A stretch of DNA of 59,721 bases from IMG/VR virus record IMGVR_UViG_3300037459_000161, positions 1 to 59,721 of that record. One strand, given 5' to 3'. Positions 11,035-22,177 of this stretch are shown here, piece by piece; position 1 is the first letter of the stretch; every line of letters begins with the position of its first letter. A program made the translations under genes and the position numbers. The notes under the pieces are model-generated. The model saw only the letters and a list, made by a program, of their open reading frames with translations. It had not been told where the DNA came from and made no database searches. Source of the stretch: a virus. Taxonomy: Duplodnaviria; Caudoviricetes.

Positions 11035-13307
11035 TATTCTTCCATCAGCAATACAAAATCGTCGGTGACCTTGTAAGCTACTTTCGTTCTAACACCCATT
11101 ATTCTTAGCTTATCTTCATGCACAACTACAATCAAGCCGTTCCGCATCATGTAGTATAACATTTTTTCAACGCCAGATCTAGGATTTTGTCTTTCTGGGT
11201 CGTCGTTCATTCTTCTCAACACTTCGTTGTTTCGTAAACATTGAGATAAATTAGTTGACGTAAAAATTCCCTTACCTTTTAATCCTTTTGGTACAGATTT
11301 CTTTCGATCATTATAACCATTATTCAAGATTTTAGACACAACAGGAGCAATTAAATTTTTTACAATTATCATCATATCATCAGAAGCCCCATAAGATAAA
11401 GCCTCTTCGATAGTTTTGATTTCACCTTCAATAGCTTCTCCTGCCCATTTGTATTCTTGTTGGCCGATACCGTTTAAACCATTCATGATCGACGTTATTG
11501 ATGCAATCTTGATTATCTTTATAAACGATCTTGACGCCATAGCTCGACGTAATTGATCGCCTTCTCTTTTGTATTTATTTTCTATATTAGTCCAGTAATC
11601 AGAATCGACTTGAATATTTATGTTAGACGTATCAACATTAATTATTTTACTAGAATTTTCATTTTGTTGTGGTAAACATTTGCGTATTAGATCCTTAATC
11701 CTAACTAAAATTTTGGGATCAAATTCTTTCCGTCGGTGAGTATTTAATTTTTTCTTGTCACGCATTGAGCGCATAACCCAAATTCGAGCAATGTCCCCCG
11801 AAACAGTTGCATCTTTAGCTTTCAATGCGCGCAAATATGAAAGTGGTGTAGAAACATGCGCGATAGTCAATGCTGGAGAGGGAATAGCTGGAATTGTATT
11901 TTCTGAATTTGAATAACTTTCACCACCAGCATATTCACCAGCTCCAGACGAACTAAAAATATCGAGCATTACACGGGTTAATCCTTTTTGATCCCCCGCT
12001 GTTGATTCACTCATTAAACCCGATTCTTCTAACACGCAAACTCTTGAAAGACCACCAGCCATCATATCAAATAAAGCTTTTGGGCCAGTAAACCTAGAAG
12101 CACCTTTAAAAGATGGGCCACCTTCTAATACGCATTTTTTTAATAGAATTGTGTTGATAGTGTTTTTCAAAACAGCTTTACCAATTCCTGTATCTGCTAA
12201 TAGGGCAACATACAAATTAAGTCCAGTGCCCAACACGTTATAACTACGACCAATAATGCCAGCCACAAGAGCAAACGAAGCCATAAGAGAAACCTCTTCG
12301 TTAGCGTGAGGTGCTGTTTCAAAAATGTTCTCACAAAGAATTCCCATTAATCCGGGTGGGTATCCAGTGTTTAATTGATATTCAACTATTTCAATTTTGG
12401 GAATTTCGATATCTGAGACGAGAGGATTGTCTTTTACGAAACGAATTGCATCGGTAATATTTGCAGAGAGATATTCAGGACGAATTCTTGCTTCCCATCG
12501 TTCGTCTTGAACTTTTGAACGATCCATTATATCATTAATTAATGCAAGTAATTCATCAGGGTTTTTGATACCGCAATTAACCCAGTGATTGAGTAACCAC
12601 AGGATTGAACCGTGAAAATTTGTACCTTCAACGATTGCTTCGCGCGCATCATTGAACGACGCAAATTTTAAATTGACAGCGCCGTTTAAACGCTTTTCTC
12701 TAACACTCTTTGATTTAATGGTATTATCGGGAGGGAAAGAATTTACAATTGTAAGCCAGCTATAAGGCTTTTCGTTAAACACATAAAACGTTGATTCGTA
12801 AGGTTCTTTCTTGTTGTGTTTAAACCCTGGAATACGGAGAACCCGAACTAAATCTTTTGCATTACCGTCAGTGTTGAATTTATTAGCTATGCCATTCATG
12901 ACATAACCCCATTCTTCTATTTCGTCGGTAGTTGTAAGCCAATAATAATGAAATTTCCCTTTGCTTGTTTCAACAACGATGTTCGGTATGATCGGAAAAT
13001 CATTTCTCGGCGTTTCTCTAATTTCGTCATCATCAGCCCATATTGCTCTGATAGATTTGAGCATTGTAGAAGTTCTGTGTCGCTGAGGATCTTTCCGTCT
13101 ATCAATTTCATTGACGCAAAAGAAAATTCCATATTCATTTTCGTTTTTTATCCTTAACTTTGCAAGAATATCATCTCTACTTAATTCGTAACCTTCATGA
13201 TAATGTATTGGTAGTCGATACGGTTTGCGATCTTTGCTTTTATCGTCGATCGCGCAAAAAACGTGGTTCCCTGGGAAGGAACTTAAAAATTCTTTCGCAT
13301 CTTGCAC
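11034..13307 (-). CDS. RepB-type (AEP) primase fused to a DUF3987-like P-loop domain
   Basis: AIWADDD, VETSKGKFHYYW, KDLVRVLRIPGF; C-terminal NLYVALLADTGIGK; GTG start with AGAAGGGG RBS. Confidence 0.8.
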   Translation of the reverse strand: MQDAKEFLSSFPGNHVFCAIDDKSKDRKPYRLPIHYHEGYELSRDDILAKLRIKNENEYGIFFCVNEIDRRKDPQRHRTSTMLKSIRAIWADDDEIRETPRNDFPIIPNIVVETSKGKFHYYWLTTTDEIEEWGYVMNGIANKFNTDGNAKDLVRVLRIPGFKHNKKEPYESTFYVFNEKPYSWLTIVNSFPPDNTIKSKSVREKRLNGAVNLKFASFNDAREAIVEGTNFHGSILWLLNHWVNCGIKNPDELLALINDIMDRSKVQDERWEARIRPEYLSANITDAIRFVKDNPLVSDIEIPKIEIVEYQLNTGYPPGLMGILCENIFETAPHANEEVSLMASFALVAGIIGRSYNVLGTGLNLYVALLADTGIGKAVLKNTINTILLKKCVLEGGPSFKGASRFTGPKALFDMMAGGLSRVCVLEESGLMSESTAGDQKGLTRVMLDIFSSSGAGEYAGGESYSNSENTIPAIPSPALTIAHVSTPLSYLRALKAKDATVSGDIARIWVMRSMRDKKKLNTHRRKEFDPKILVRIKDLIRKCLPQQNENSSKIINVDTSNINIQVDSDYWTNIENKYKREGDQLRRAMASRSFIKIIKIASITSIMNGLNGIGQQEYKWAGEAIEGEIKTIEEALSYGASDDMMIIVKNLIAPVVSKILNNGYNDRKKSVPKGLKGKGIFTSTNLSQCLRNNEVLRRMNDDPERQNPRSGVEKMLYYMMRNGLIVVVHEDKLRIMGVRTKVAYKVTDDFVLLMEE

Positions 13308-13355
13308 CTTAACCCCTTCTCTTGGTGCTTTGTTTCTAACCCCTAATCAAAAAGT

Positions 13356-13400
13356 GGGGCACCCTATTTAAGACTATAGAATGCCTAAACAGAGTGCCCC
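13356..13400 (-). promoter_or_regulatory. 17-bp hairpin followed by a U-tract in the primase leader (attenuator-like)
   Basis: GGGGCACUCUGUUUAGG pairs with CUUAAAUAGGGUGCCCC using three G-U pairs on the minus strand, then ACUUUUU. Confidence 0.6.
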
Positions 13401-13457
13401 GACAAAAGCTGGAAGGGGTTACTTACAGCAATTGCCACGCGCATCAGGCGATCTTAA

Positions 13458-13532
13458 AGTGTAGCATAAAAAATTGTTTAAAGCTAACAAGTGGGCTAGT
13501 GATTAGCTTTGCACAAAAATTTGTGTTATAGT
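13458..13532. promoter_or_regulatory. Divergent extended -10 promoters between the primase and HTH genes
   Basis: Minus: TAGCTT-N17-TACACT; plus: TAGCTT-N17-TATAGT; both have TG just upstream of the -10. Confidence 0.55.
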
Positions 13533-13647
13533 CCGTCAGACCAAAAACAACGCGACACAGAAGGGGTTGATTTCATTACATTATTAATCATGTATGGTTT
13601 GTGCAAACGCTCCATTCCCCTCTCACATTTAAAATAAGGAAATCATT

Positions 13648-13962
13648 ATGGGCGCAACAGCAAGAAAAACTTCTGGTTTTGGAATCGCACATTCAGCTAA
13701 TCGAAATAGAAAAGTCAAAATAGTTGTTATGGGGACTTGGAAAGAGAAGCGTTTAAACTTCTTCAAAAGGAATGTTCGGCTTGCTGCGTCTGCAAAAGCT
13801 ACAAGAACTTCTTTAGAAGTAACACAGGAAGAAATTGCAAAGCATTATGGTGTTACTCAAGGTACAGTTTGTAATTGGGAATCTGGAAAATACAGTTGGC
13901 CCAATGGTGCAGCTGAATTGTTTGAATATTACTCTGTAATTAGAAAGATCGCTGGAGTATGA
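13648..13962 (+). CDS. XRE/Cro-family HTH protein
   Basis: TQEEIAKHYGVTQGTVCNWESG. Confidence 0.85.
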   Translation: MGATARKTSGFGIAHSANRNRKVKIVVMGTWKEKRLNFFKRNVRLAASAKATRTSLEVTQEEIAKHYGVTQGTVCNWESGKYSWPNGAAELFEYYSVIRKIAGV

Positions 13963-14345
13963 TTAATCTAGATCCTAACCTAGTTTTTGATTGGGGAGTA
14001 CAAAAGGCTAATCTTGACAAAGCAAAAGCAGCAGAAATGAGATTGCGTAAAGAAATTTGCAATATCATTTTTGATGGTCAAGAAGGTAAGTTTTCTAAGA
14101 AATACAAAATTACTGTTGATAGTATTCCCCTTGAATTGAAAGCAGAAAGTAAAACAAAACTTAAACTTGATGAAGCTAATTTCAACACTCTAATTTTAAC
14201 TTCTGAAGAGGATGATTGTTTTACACCGACGGTAAAAATGAGTGAAGCAAAAGTAAGAAAACTTCCTAATGATTCACAAATTTGGGGAATTATTACAGAA
14301 GAACCTTCTTCACCCGCTCTTTCATTTAAGAAGGTAAATAAATGA
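13959..14345 (+). CDS. Hypothetical protein of the replication/recombination module
   Basis: ATGA-coupled to both neighbours; 'EMRLRKEI' motif. Confidence 0.7.
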   Translation: MINLDPNLVFDWGVQKANLDKAKAAEMRLRKEICNIIFDGQEGKFSKKYKITVDSIPLELKAESKTKLKLDEANFNTLILTSEEDDCFTPTVKMSEAKVRKLPNDSQIWGIITEEPSSPALSFKKVNK

Positions 14346-15061
14346 CACAGCTACAAACAATTGACGAAGCAATCGGTGAAACAGGAATTAAAATTTGTGT
14401 TTATGGTCCCGCTGGTTCTGGTAAAACTGTTCTTAGTACAACTGCAAATGCCCCAACAATAATTCTTAGTGCTGAAGCTGGTTTACGTTCTTTGAAAAAT
14501 ATTCCTGGAACAAAAAAAGAATTGTGTAGAATTTGGCAAATTAAAAAATTGGCTGATATGCACGCTGCATTTATGTGGTTAGAACAAGAAAAACGTGCAG
14601 ACTGGTTAATGATTGATTCCATCTCTGAAATTGCAGAAGTTTTGCTAGGTATTAAGAAAGGTGAATTAGCAGATAAACGTGCAGCATATGGGAATATGGC
14701 TGATGATATGCTTGACACTATTCGCGCATTGAGAGATTTGCCATATTACAATGTAATGATGACTGCAAAACAAGATCATTGGAAAGACGATCACAGTGGT
14801 ATAACTCGTTTTGTTCCAATGCTGCCGGGGCAAATACTAACTAAATCAATTGCATATTTGTTTGATGAAATGTTTGCTCTTAGAGTAGAACCAAATCCAA
14901 ACTATGACGCGCAAACAATGACAGAAGATCAAAAAGTAATGCGTGTACTTCAAACTGGTTTAGATATTTCATATGAAGCAAAAGATAGATCTGGTTTATT
15001 GAATATGTTTGAGCCAGCAAATATTGCACATATTGCAGCAAAAATTAATGCAACTAATTAA
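14342..15061 (+). CDS. Sak4-like / AAA_24 ATPase (single-strand annealing)
   Basis: YGPAGSGKT, SAEAGL, IDSISEI, YLFDE, AKDRSG. Confidence 0.88.
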   Translation: MTQLQTIDEAIGETGIKICVYGPAGSGKTVLSTTANAPTIILSAEAGLRSLKNIPGTKKELCRIWQIKKLADMHAAFMWLEQEKRADWLMIDSISEIAEVLLGIKKGELADKRAAYGNMADDMLDTIRALRDLPYYNVMMTAKQDHWKDDHSGITRFVPMLPGQILTKSIAYLFDEMFALRVEPNPNYDAQTMTEDQKVMRVLQTGLDISYEAKDRSGLLNMFEPANIAHIAAKINATN

Positions 15062-15072
15062 AAGGTAAAATA

Positions 15073-15720
15073 ATGACACAACTTCCCGCAGCATTTAATC
15101 CGTCTGCTCCTGGGCAAAAAGGAATGACAGATTTTACACCAATTCCTGTTGGCACTTATAAAATAAAAATGGTTGATTCAAATATGAGACCTAATAATGC
15201 TGGAACAGGAGAGGGTTTAAACACTAAATGGCAAGTTATCGAAGGAGAATTTGAAGGTAGATTTCTTTGGTCTTTACTTAACTTGATTAACCCAAGCGCA
15301 CAAACTGTTGAAATTGCACAAAAAGAATTGAAATCTATTTGTGATGCAGTAGGTATTGCACAAGGTTTTGAAGATACAGTAATTTTGCATAATATTCCTT
15401 GTTGGGCAAAAGTTGGTATTCAAGCTGCAACATCACAATATGCAGCAAAAAACAAAATTCAAAATTATGCACCACTAGAAGGTGCTGACGCACCAGGAGT
15501 TGCCGTCGGGGAGATGGCTGCTGCTGCTAATATCCCGCCTACACCCGCTAATCCGCAAGTAGAGGCTCTAGCACCAACACCGACGGCAAATGCTTCTGGC
15601 GGGCAACCTCCGACGCCAAATTGGGGCGGAGCAGCGTCTACTGGTGAAGAAAAGAAAGAAGAAATTTCTGTTGATGAAAGTAAACCAGCAAAGAAAAGTC
15701 CGCCTTGGGTAACTGGTTAA
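15073..15720 (+). CDS. DUF669-like single-stranded DNA-binding protein
   Basis: FTPIPVGTY, GEFEGR.LW..LNL, IAQKELKSIC.AVG; Pro/Ala-rich tail ending PPW. Confidence 0.8.
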   Translation: MTQLPAAFNPSAPGQKGMTDFTPIPVGTYKIKMVDSNMRPNNAGTGEGLNTKWQVIEGEFEGRFLWSLLNLINPSAQTVEIAQKELKSICDAVGIAQGFEDTVILHNIPCWAKVGIQAATSQYAAKNKIQNYAPLEGADAPGVAVGEMAAAANIPPTPANPQVEALAPTPTANASGGQPPTPNWGGAASTGEEKKEEISVDESKPAKKSPPWVTG

Positions 15721-15732
15721 TTTATGAAAACT

Positions 15733-15805
15733 CAGGAGTTAGGATAACTGGAAAATCCATTGGGTTGTGGCCCCGAAAATAAAGGTTCAAGACCTTTACT
15801 CCTGA
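15733..15805 (+). tRNA. tRNA with GUG (His) anticodon and non-canonical acceptor end; no encoded CCA
   Basis: Acceptor CAGGAGT/ACTCCTG; D arm GGAT-AACTGGAAA-ATCC; anticodon arm TTGGG-TTGTGGC-CCCGA; T arm AAAGG-TTCAAGA-CCTTT; U8, A14, G18G19 and A15-U48 present. Confidence 0.85.
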
Positions 15806-15825
15806 TTTACATACAAAGGTAATCA

Positions 15826-16644
15826 ATGGCTATAATTCCGCAAAACCCAAATGTCACATTAGCGCGTTTAAACGCATTAGAATTCCCACAAAGAAATGGG
15901 AATACTGTTGCTATGTCAACAATTGGTGATAGTTGCGATAGAAAATTATGGTTTAATTTACATTGGATTTCCGAACCTGAAATAATCAATGTTCGTATAA
16001 AAAATCTTTTTGCTACTGGTACAAGAGCAGAAGATTTTATTATTAAAGATCTTGAAAAAGTTGATATCAAAATTACAAATAGGCAAGAAGAAATTTGGGC
16101 CGCAATGGGTCATGCACACGGTTTTACCGACGGTAGAGCAAATGATGTACCAGAAGCACCAAAAACACAACATTTACTTGAAATTAAAACACATAATCTT
16201 AAATATTTCAAAAAACTTCAAAAAGAAGGTATAAGAGTAGGTTTCCCAAAACATTACGCTCAATGCCAACGTTACATGAAAGCTTTAAAATTGAAAAGAA
16301 CTTTGTATGTTGGTTACTGCAAAGATGACAGCGCATATTACACTGAAAGACTTCGTTATGATCCTGGTTACGCTGCCGATCTCGTTCGTAAAGAGGAAGG
16401 TATTGTTTTAGCTACTGTTCCACCAATAAACAAATTCCATAAAGGGTGGTTTGAATGTACATGGTGTAGACACAATCAAGTTTGTTACGAGAATAAACCA
16501 GTCGCAAAAAATTGCAGAACATGCTATAATGTTGATAAGGCCAAAGATGGGAAATGGATTTGTACCCTCAATGGTGAACATGAAATTCCGCATGAAGTTC
16601 AATTAACTGGTTGTGACTATCATAAGCCAATAAAAATAGTGTGA
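15826..16644 (+). CDS. Cas4-like PD-(D/E)XK exonuclease
   Basis: STIGDSCDRKLW, GFTDG, LLEIKT, HYAQCQRYM, ECTWC...C, NCRTC. Confidence 0.85.
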   Translation: MAIIPQNPNVTLARLNALEFPQRNGNTVAMSTIGDSCDRKLWFNLHWISEPEIINVRIKNLFATGTRAEDFIIKDLEKVDIKITNRQEEIWAAMGHAHGFTDGRANDVPEAPKTQHLLEIKTHNLKYFKKLQKEGIRVGFPKHYAQCQRYMKALKLKRTLYVGYCKDDSAYYTERLRYDPGYAADLVRKEEGIVLATVPPINKFHKGWFECTWCRHNQVCYENKPVAKNCRTCYNVDKAKDGKWICTLNGEHEIPHEVQLTGCDYHKPIKIV

Positions 16645-17119
16645 GGCAAACTAAAAAGTATAGTTTTATTGAATCTTGTATTAATTCATTTGTTGGGTAT
16701 TTAATAAGTTCAATAGTATGTTATTTTGTGTTACCTGAATTTGGATTTAAAGTAAGTTTTAATAATGCATTATCAATAACTTTTATTTTTGCTATTATAT
16801 CAATTATACGTTCATATATAATTAGAAGAATTTTTAATAATATAAAAATAACTAGGGTAAACCCATGAAAAATAGAAAAGGTAGAGATTCTAAATATTTT
16901 AAAGATACTTCTTCTTTTTGGCAGCCAAGAGCATGGGGAAAACTTAGATTACCCGGTAAATTAGGTAAATCTACAAAGCCATCCTGGTATGGTAAGAATT
17001 ATCCTAATTCGATTGTTGCAAAAACCGTTTTAAAACCGCTACCTAAAGGTAGTAAAGCAAATTCAAGAAAGAGAAGGAAGCGCCGCTGGTATGCAAAACA
17101 CCCTATTGAATCTTCCTGA
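16641..17119 (+). CDS. Small membrane protein (16641-16868) and basic hypothetical protein (16865-17119)
   Basis: First has two TM helices and ends RSYIIRRIFN; coupled overlaps. Confidence 0.55.
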
Positions 17120-18695
17120 ACCTCGCTGGTATCAGACAGAAGCAACAAATGCAGTAATGGATTTGTTAGCTAAAAATGATATTAACATTCATCCTGTTGT
17201 GGTCGCACCGACGGCATCCGGCAAATCTTTGATGATTTGCGATTTGATAGATCAATACATTACACAAAATATTGACGCAAAAGTTTTAGTTCTTTCTCAC
17301 GTTAAAGAAATTCTCGATCAAGATTTTGAAGCATTAAACGATTACTTTTCTGGTAGTGGTGTCGGCCTTTACAGTGCTGGTTTAGGTTTTCGCGACGTTG
17401 ACCAAATTACCGTCGCTGGTATTCAATCTGTTCATAATAAACCAGAACTATTTAAAGATGTAAAGTTAATTATCATTGATGAATGCCATTTAGTAACAAT
17501 TCGTGGAACTGGTATGTACCGAAAGTTTCTTTCTAAGATGAAAGCAAACTATGTCGGTTTTACTGCTACGCATTTTCGTTTAGGGCATGGATATATTCAT
17601 AAAGGTGAAGGTGCATTATTCACAGATATCGCTTATGATATGTCAAAGCCAGAAATTTTTAATCGGCTAGTTCATGAAGGTTATCTCTGTAAATTAATTG
17701 CGCGAGCAACAGATATGCGCTTTGATGCAGAAGGAATCAAACTAATAGCACAAGATTACTCTGTAAAAGAACTAAGTTTAGAATTTGATAGAGACGAAAT
17801 TACAGAAGTTGCTGTTAAAGAAATTGTAAAGTACGGACACAATTACAAAAAGTGGTTAGTCTTTGCAATTGATATCAAACACGCTGTACATATTACAGAG
17901 GCGTTTAAACGGTTAGGTATTAACGCTGCTTGTGTTCATTCAAAGATGAAAGATAGTGATAGAGATAGAATCATCGAAGCGTATAGAAGTGGGAAGTACA
18001 GAGCAGTTGTCAACGTCGATATTCTCACAACAGGCTTGAATGTACCTGATATAGATTTAATTGCTCTCTTACGCCCAACAAAATCGCCTGTATTCCACGT
18101 TCAGTCTATCGGGAGAGGTTTGCGCGTTTTCCTTGGGAAAAATCACACTTTAGTTTTAGATTTCGCGCAAAACATTTCTAGACTCGGGCCAATTAATGAT
18201 GTTGTCGTTAAGCAAAAAGAAAAAGGTAAGAAAGGACAACCGATAATCAAAGAATGCCCATCATGCCAAGCTTTAATCGCACCGGCAGTTAGAATTTGTC
18301 CGGTATGTGGATATGAATTCAAATTTAAAACGCATCTGACAGCAAAACCTGGAACAGATGATATCGTTAAGAAAACAGAAATAAATATTGCAAAATGGCA
18401 TGATGTTAAAAATGTGAAATATCGAATTCACAAGAGGGTTGGAAAGCCAGATATTTTGTTGGTTAAGTATACAGTAGGAATTCAAACTATATCAGAATGG
18501 ATTTGTTATGACTACGAAGGTTATCCAAAATATTCTGCTGATAATTGGGTAAGGTTCCGATCTCCAGAAGGAATGCCAAAGCCTGAAAATGTTGCACAGT
18601 TATTCGAGTGGTCGGAATGGTTGAAGCAACCGAAGAAGATTTTCACAAATATGGGAGATAAATTCCCAAAGATTACAAGTGTAGTTTTTGAATAA
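17091..18695 (+). CDS. SF2 DEAD/DEAH helicase with zinc ribbon (RadD/YejH-like)
   Basis: PRWYQ, APTASGKS, IIDECH, GFTAT, LTTGLNVP, QSIGRGLR, CPSC..CPVC. Confidence 0.92.
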   Translation: MQNTLLNLPEPRWYQTEATNAVMDLLAKNDINIHPVVVAPTASGKSLMICDLIDQYITQNIDAKVLVLSHVKEILDQDFEALNDYFSGSGVGLYSAGLGFRDVDQITVAGIQSVHNKPELFKDVKLIIIDECHLVTIRGTGMYRKFLSKMKANYVGFTATHFRLGHGYIHKGEGALFTDIAYDMSKPEIFNRLVHEGYLCKLIARATDMRFDAEGIKLIAQDYSVKELSLEFDRDEITEVAVKEIVKYGHNYKKWLVFAIDIKHAVHITEAFKRLGINAACVHSKMKDSDRDRIIEAYRSGKYRAVVNVDILTTGLNVPDIDLIALLRPTKSPVFHVQSIGRGLRVFLGKNHTLVLDFAQNISRLGPINDVVVKQKEKGKKGQPIIKECPSCQALIAPAVRICPVCGYEFKFKTHLTAKPGTDDIVKKTEINIAKWHDVKNVKYRIHKRVGKPDILLVKYTVGIQTISEWICYDYEGYPKYSADNWVRFRSPEGMPKPENVAQLFEWSEWLKQPKKIFTNMGDKFPKITSVVFE

Positions 18696-21600
18696 CCTTT
18701 TGTGCAAGATCAATCACATCTCCTTCAATTATACTTTCACAACTAGCAATTTCAGTTAATACATTTAACATCATTTTAAATTCTTCATGATAGCTAATAC
18801 TTCCTGTTGTTCTTTGATCTTCAATGATAACTCTGTTTGTAATATAAATTGCCATTGAGGGTTAACAGCATCAATCCTATTAATATGAACTTTACTTTCT
18901 CCTTCTTTATCTCCATGTTGAATAGTAATTTTCAAGTCATCCATTATACAAAATCCTCCCATGAATTCTTTACATCATAAACATTTTTGCCAGTTGCTTT
19001 GAATCTTGCTCTACCCTCTATATTCAATTGATTTACAAGAGGATACCAAGCTTCGTCCATTGATTTATTCAATCTCATCATGTAAAGAACAGCTTTCTCG
19101 TGAAGAAATTCGCGCGTACTAGAATCTAGACGTTGAAAATGTATGCTACCAATAGTTATATTAATATCTGATTGACTACTTGTAGAAATTCTTACTCTAA
19201 TTTTCCCACTTCTAGTCCCAGTGAAATTAAAAGTAATATGCTCTCCGTTGATTCTCATGACAACCCCAACAAGCTTTTAATATTATCCAATGCATCTTGC
19301 TCTGTATCAAATTGGCCGCACCATTCATGTTTCATTTTATCACTTAACGCATTACTGTTTATACGCCAAAACCAACGTTCTTTTAAATCTGGCATGTGTC
19401 CCATACGGAATATTCGTGTTTCAATTTTTGTCTTGATTGTACCATCACCATTACATTTCGAGCATAGAATGTTATACGTTTTCATTTTACCTCCGTTCGT
19501 TTATTACGCAAAGCAACTAAAGAATTAACACATTTATTAATTGTCTTATTAGGACATACTGCTAGTTGTCTGCGAAGTTTATCAAGTTCACGTATGTATG
19601 CTAAAATCTGTTTATGATTTTTACATAAGCGCCAAGGTTTGAAATTTATATAAATACAATCTTTACATTTTTTTGTTACTGGCCTAAGTTGTTCACGAGT
19701 TAATATCATTTTTACCCACGTTTAAACGTTGTACTTCATTTTCAAGTTCTTTAACTTTCTTTTCTAACTCTTTTATTCTATCTCGATATTCTTTGCATTT
19801 CTTATCAATTTTTTCACAAGCCTTATGAAATGGATCGTTTTCTAATTTGCTGGGAACATATCCTAGTGTCATGTTAATTTATCCCTCCAATCCAGTAACC
19901 ATACACACATCTATTACCATCTCTTTGCGGGTTGTGATTGTCGTGAATTACACCATTGACCACAGCGGTAAAATGTCTACTCACCCTTACCACAAGTCTA
20001 CCTTTCGGTAATTCATGCTCTCTCAAGTGAACCTCGACACCCTTACCCACAAATTTAGTCGGCATCCACGTAAAACCGACAGATTCTAAATACCGATTTA
20101 GCAGAATTCGAGTTACACCAGTTCTAGAATTCGACCGACGTTTGTTTTTGCTTTTCCCTCGAAGAATTTGCTCTCTGGCAAACTTATTGATGCCAGTGTA
20201 AACATCTTTATAAGGTATGCCAGTTGCAATCGAAACTGATCGTACAGCACAGTCATTAGTTTCACCAACGAAGCCAGCGTTTAAACGACCACCATCGTCA
20301 TATATAAATTTCATAGTTTCCATTCTTTTTTAAATTTTCATTGTGCATTCTTACTATGTATGCAGCTAATTCAAAACAACTACACTCAATAATAACTTCA
20401 TTTGCTAAACCGTCAATTATTACAGCATAGTCAATATGATCGTGACCGCGATTATTTCCTCCAACCGCCCAGCGTTTAATTTTTGCTGATTCAAAATCAA
20501 CTATGTTTGTCGGCATTAGATTCACTCTGCTTTAAAATCAACTTACGAAGTTTATTTGCTTCTTTACAATGTCCATTTCCATTAAAAACCAAACGGGCTA
20601 ACTATTGCTTATCTGTTCTATTTGCTCTCAATTCATTTCGAGAATTAACTTCATTGCGTCGTCTTTCTCGCTCTGCTCTACCTTTCATCTTGATTCTCCT
20701 ATTAACTCTATTCAAATTCACATTTGCGCGATAGCTTTCTCGGCTTATGCGCTTTATTCCAAGCTTTACAGTAAGCGATAGCTTCTCCTACTGTCTTGAA
20801 TTCAGGATGTCCAGTATATCGACGTTTACCCATTTCAGGTTCTAGACCATTGGGCCAACCTGGATTTACTCTCCACCAAGTTCTAGTGAAACAGCGATAC
20901 ACGCTACCTCTAGAAAACATATCTTTCATGAATTAACCCCTTCACTCACGTTATTTAGTGTAGCACAAATTAAAAAGTTTTCAATAGTTAATTTTGCCAA
21001 GCATTATCTCTCCATGCATCAGGGCAGTTGATTTCATGGCAAAGAACACCATTCACCATACAAGGGTTGCAACCGTCGCAACCGCAATGTTTTAACCCAA
21101 TCTCATCTCCATTTTCGTAATGTGTTCTCATGTTTGAATACCTTTTAATTCTTTTGCTTTATCAAGCCACTTACGAACATTATCACAATGCTCTTTACTC
21201 ATGCCTTGTGCCATAAGCATAAAACAAAAACTTGAACCAGCATATCCAGTAGTTAGGAACCACGGATAAAATTCATCATTTGTAATATCAGGTATATCAA
21301 CTTCAAATCTACCTTCTCTCAAGCCAAATGTTCCATCTGCATCTTTAAAAGATGCTTTTGGAAATTTTGTTTTAATAATTTCCCTAGCCTCTGGATCATA
21401 TATTAAATCTGTGAACATTTTAATCTCCTTTATTTTCTACTGGAGCAGCCAAATTTTCTTGTGTCCAACCCTTTGACCAAGCTGAAAGAATTTCAATAGT
21501 AGAAGCTTCACCGTCGGGAATTTCAACACTAAAATTTCTACCCTCAATCATTTTCATGATTTCATTGTCATAAATAGGAGCGCATTTTCTCCCATCATGG

Positions 21601-22177
21601 AACGCCTTGATTCCAAGGTTCTTAGCCTTTTCAAGTTGTACATCTCGTTGTGTGATTACTCTTCTAACATGCTTCGCATTTTTGCAAACTTCATCTGCTA
21701 TTTTTCCCCATTCACTCATTTTAAATTTCTCCAATCGTATTCTGATAAACCTTACGATGATTAGTCGAAAATACAAATCCTTCTGATTTATCCTTTTTTC
21801 TATAACGCGGACAGAAATAATTTGCACGAAGAATTTTTTCGCCTTCAGGTAATGCTTCGTGAGCAGCCAACATATCTAACCATTTCTTTTCGATTTCCGT
21901 GGTCCAACCTTCAGTTGTGTTATTGATCCATTTTTCCATTTCAATCTCCCAACACATAAACTTTTCCACCACTAGAATTCCCAGCGTTAGACCAATTTCC
22001 CAAATCGCAGGATTTATGGATTTTGTACCAGTCAATTCCTTGTAAATCTTCACATTTCAAAAACAAACAAGCAACATTAAAAACTGAATGTGGAATTCTC
22101 CAATTGATAGCAAAACGCATTTTTATTTGATCGTCTTGAATCTTCAACCATTTGTGAAATTCTTCTGTTGTCATCAC
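18673..22177 (-). CDS. Cluster of small early-region hypothetical proteins (18673-18855, 18771-18962, 18944-19258, 19255-19485, 19482-19709, 20298-20525, 20708-20929, 20988-21131, 21128-21418, 21420-21827, 21721-22053, 21941-22177)
   Basis: Packed minus-strand ORFs downstream of sigma70-like promoters; several true starts are probably internal. Confidence 0.55.
19874..20323 (-). CDS. Conserved phage protein with DC..R and H motifs (possible Cys-His peptidase fold)
   Basis: YDDGGR, NDCAVRSVSIATG..Y, SRHFTAVVNG.IHD, CVYGYW. Confidence 0.6.
   Translation of the reverse strand: METMKFIYDDGGRLNAGFVGETNDCAVRSVSIATGIPYKDVYTGINKFAREQILRGKSKNKRRSNSRTGVTRILLNRYLESVGFTWMPTKFVGKGVEVHLREHELPKGRLVVRVSRHFTAVVNGVIHDNHNPQRDGNRCVYGYWIGGIN

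Noticed and set aside
13648-13962. Lysogeny switch
   Set aside because: An XRE HTH is present, but no integrase, transposase or ParA was recognised; the Mu-like tail does not imply transposition
15826-16644. Cas4-like gene as evidence of a CRISPR system
   Set aside because: It sits in the usual phage Sak4-SSB-nuclease-helicase module
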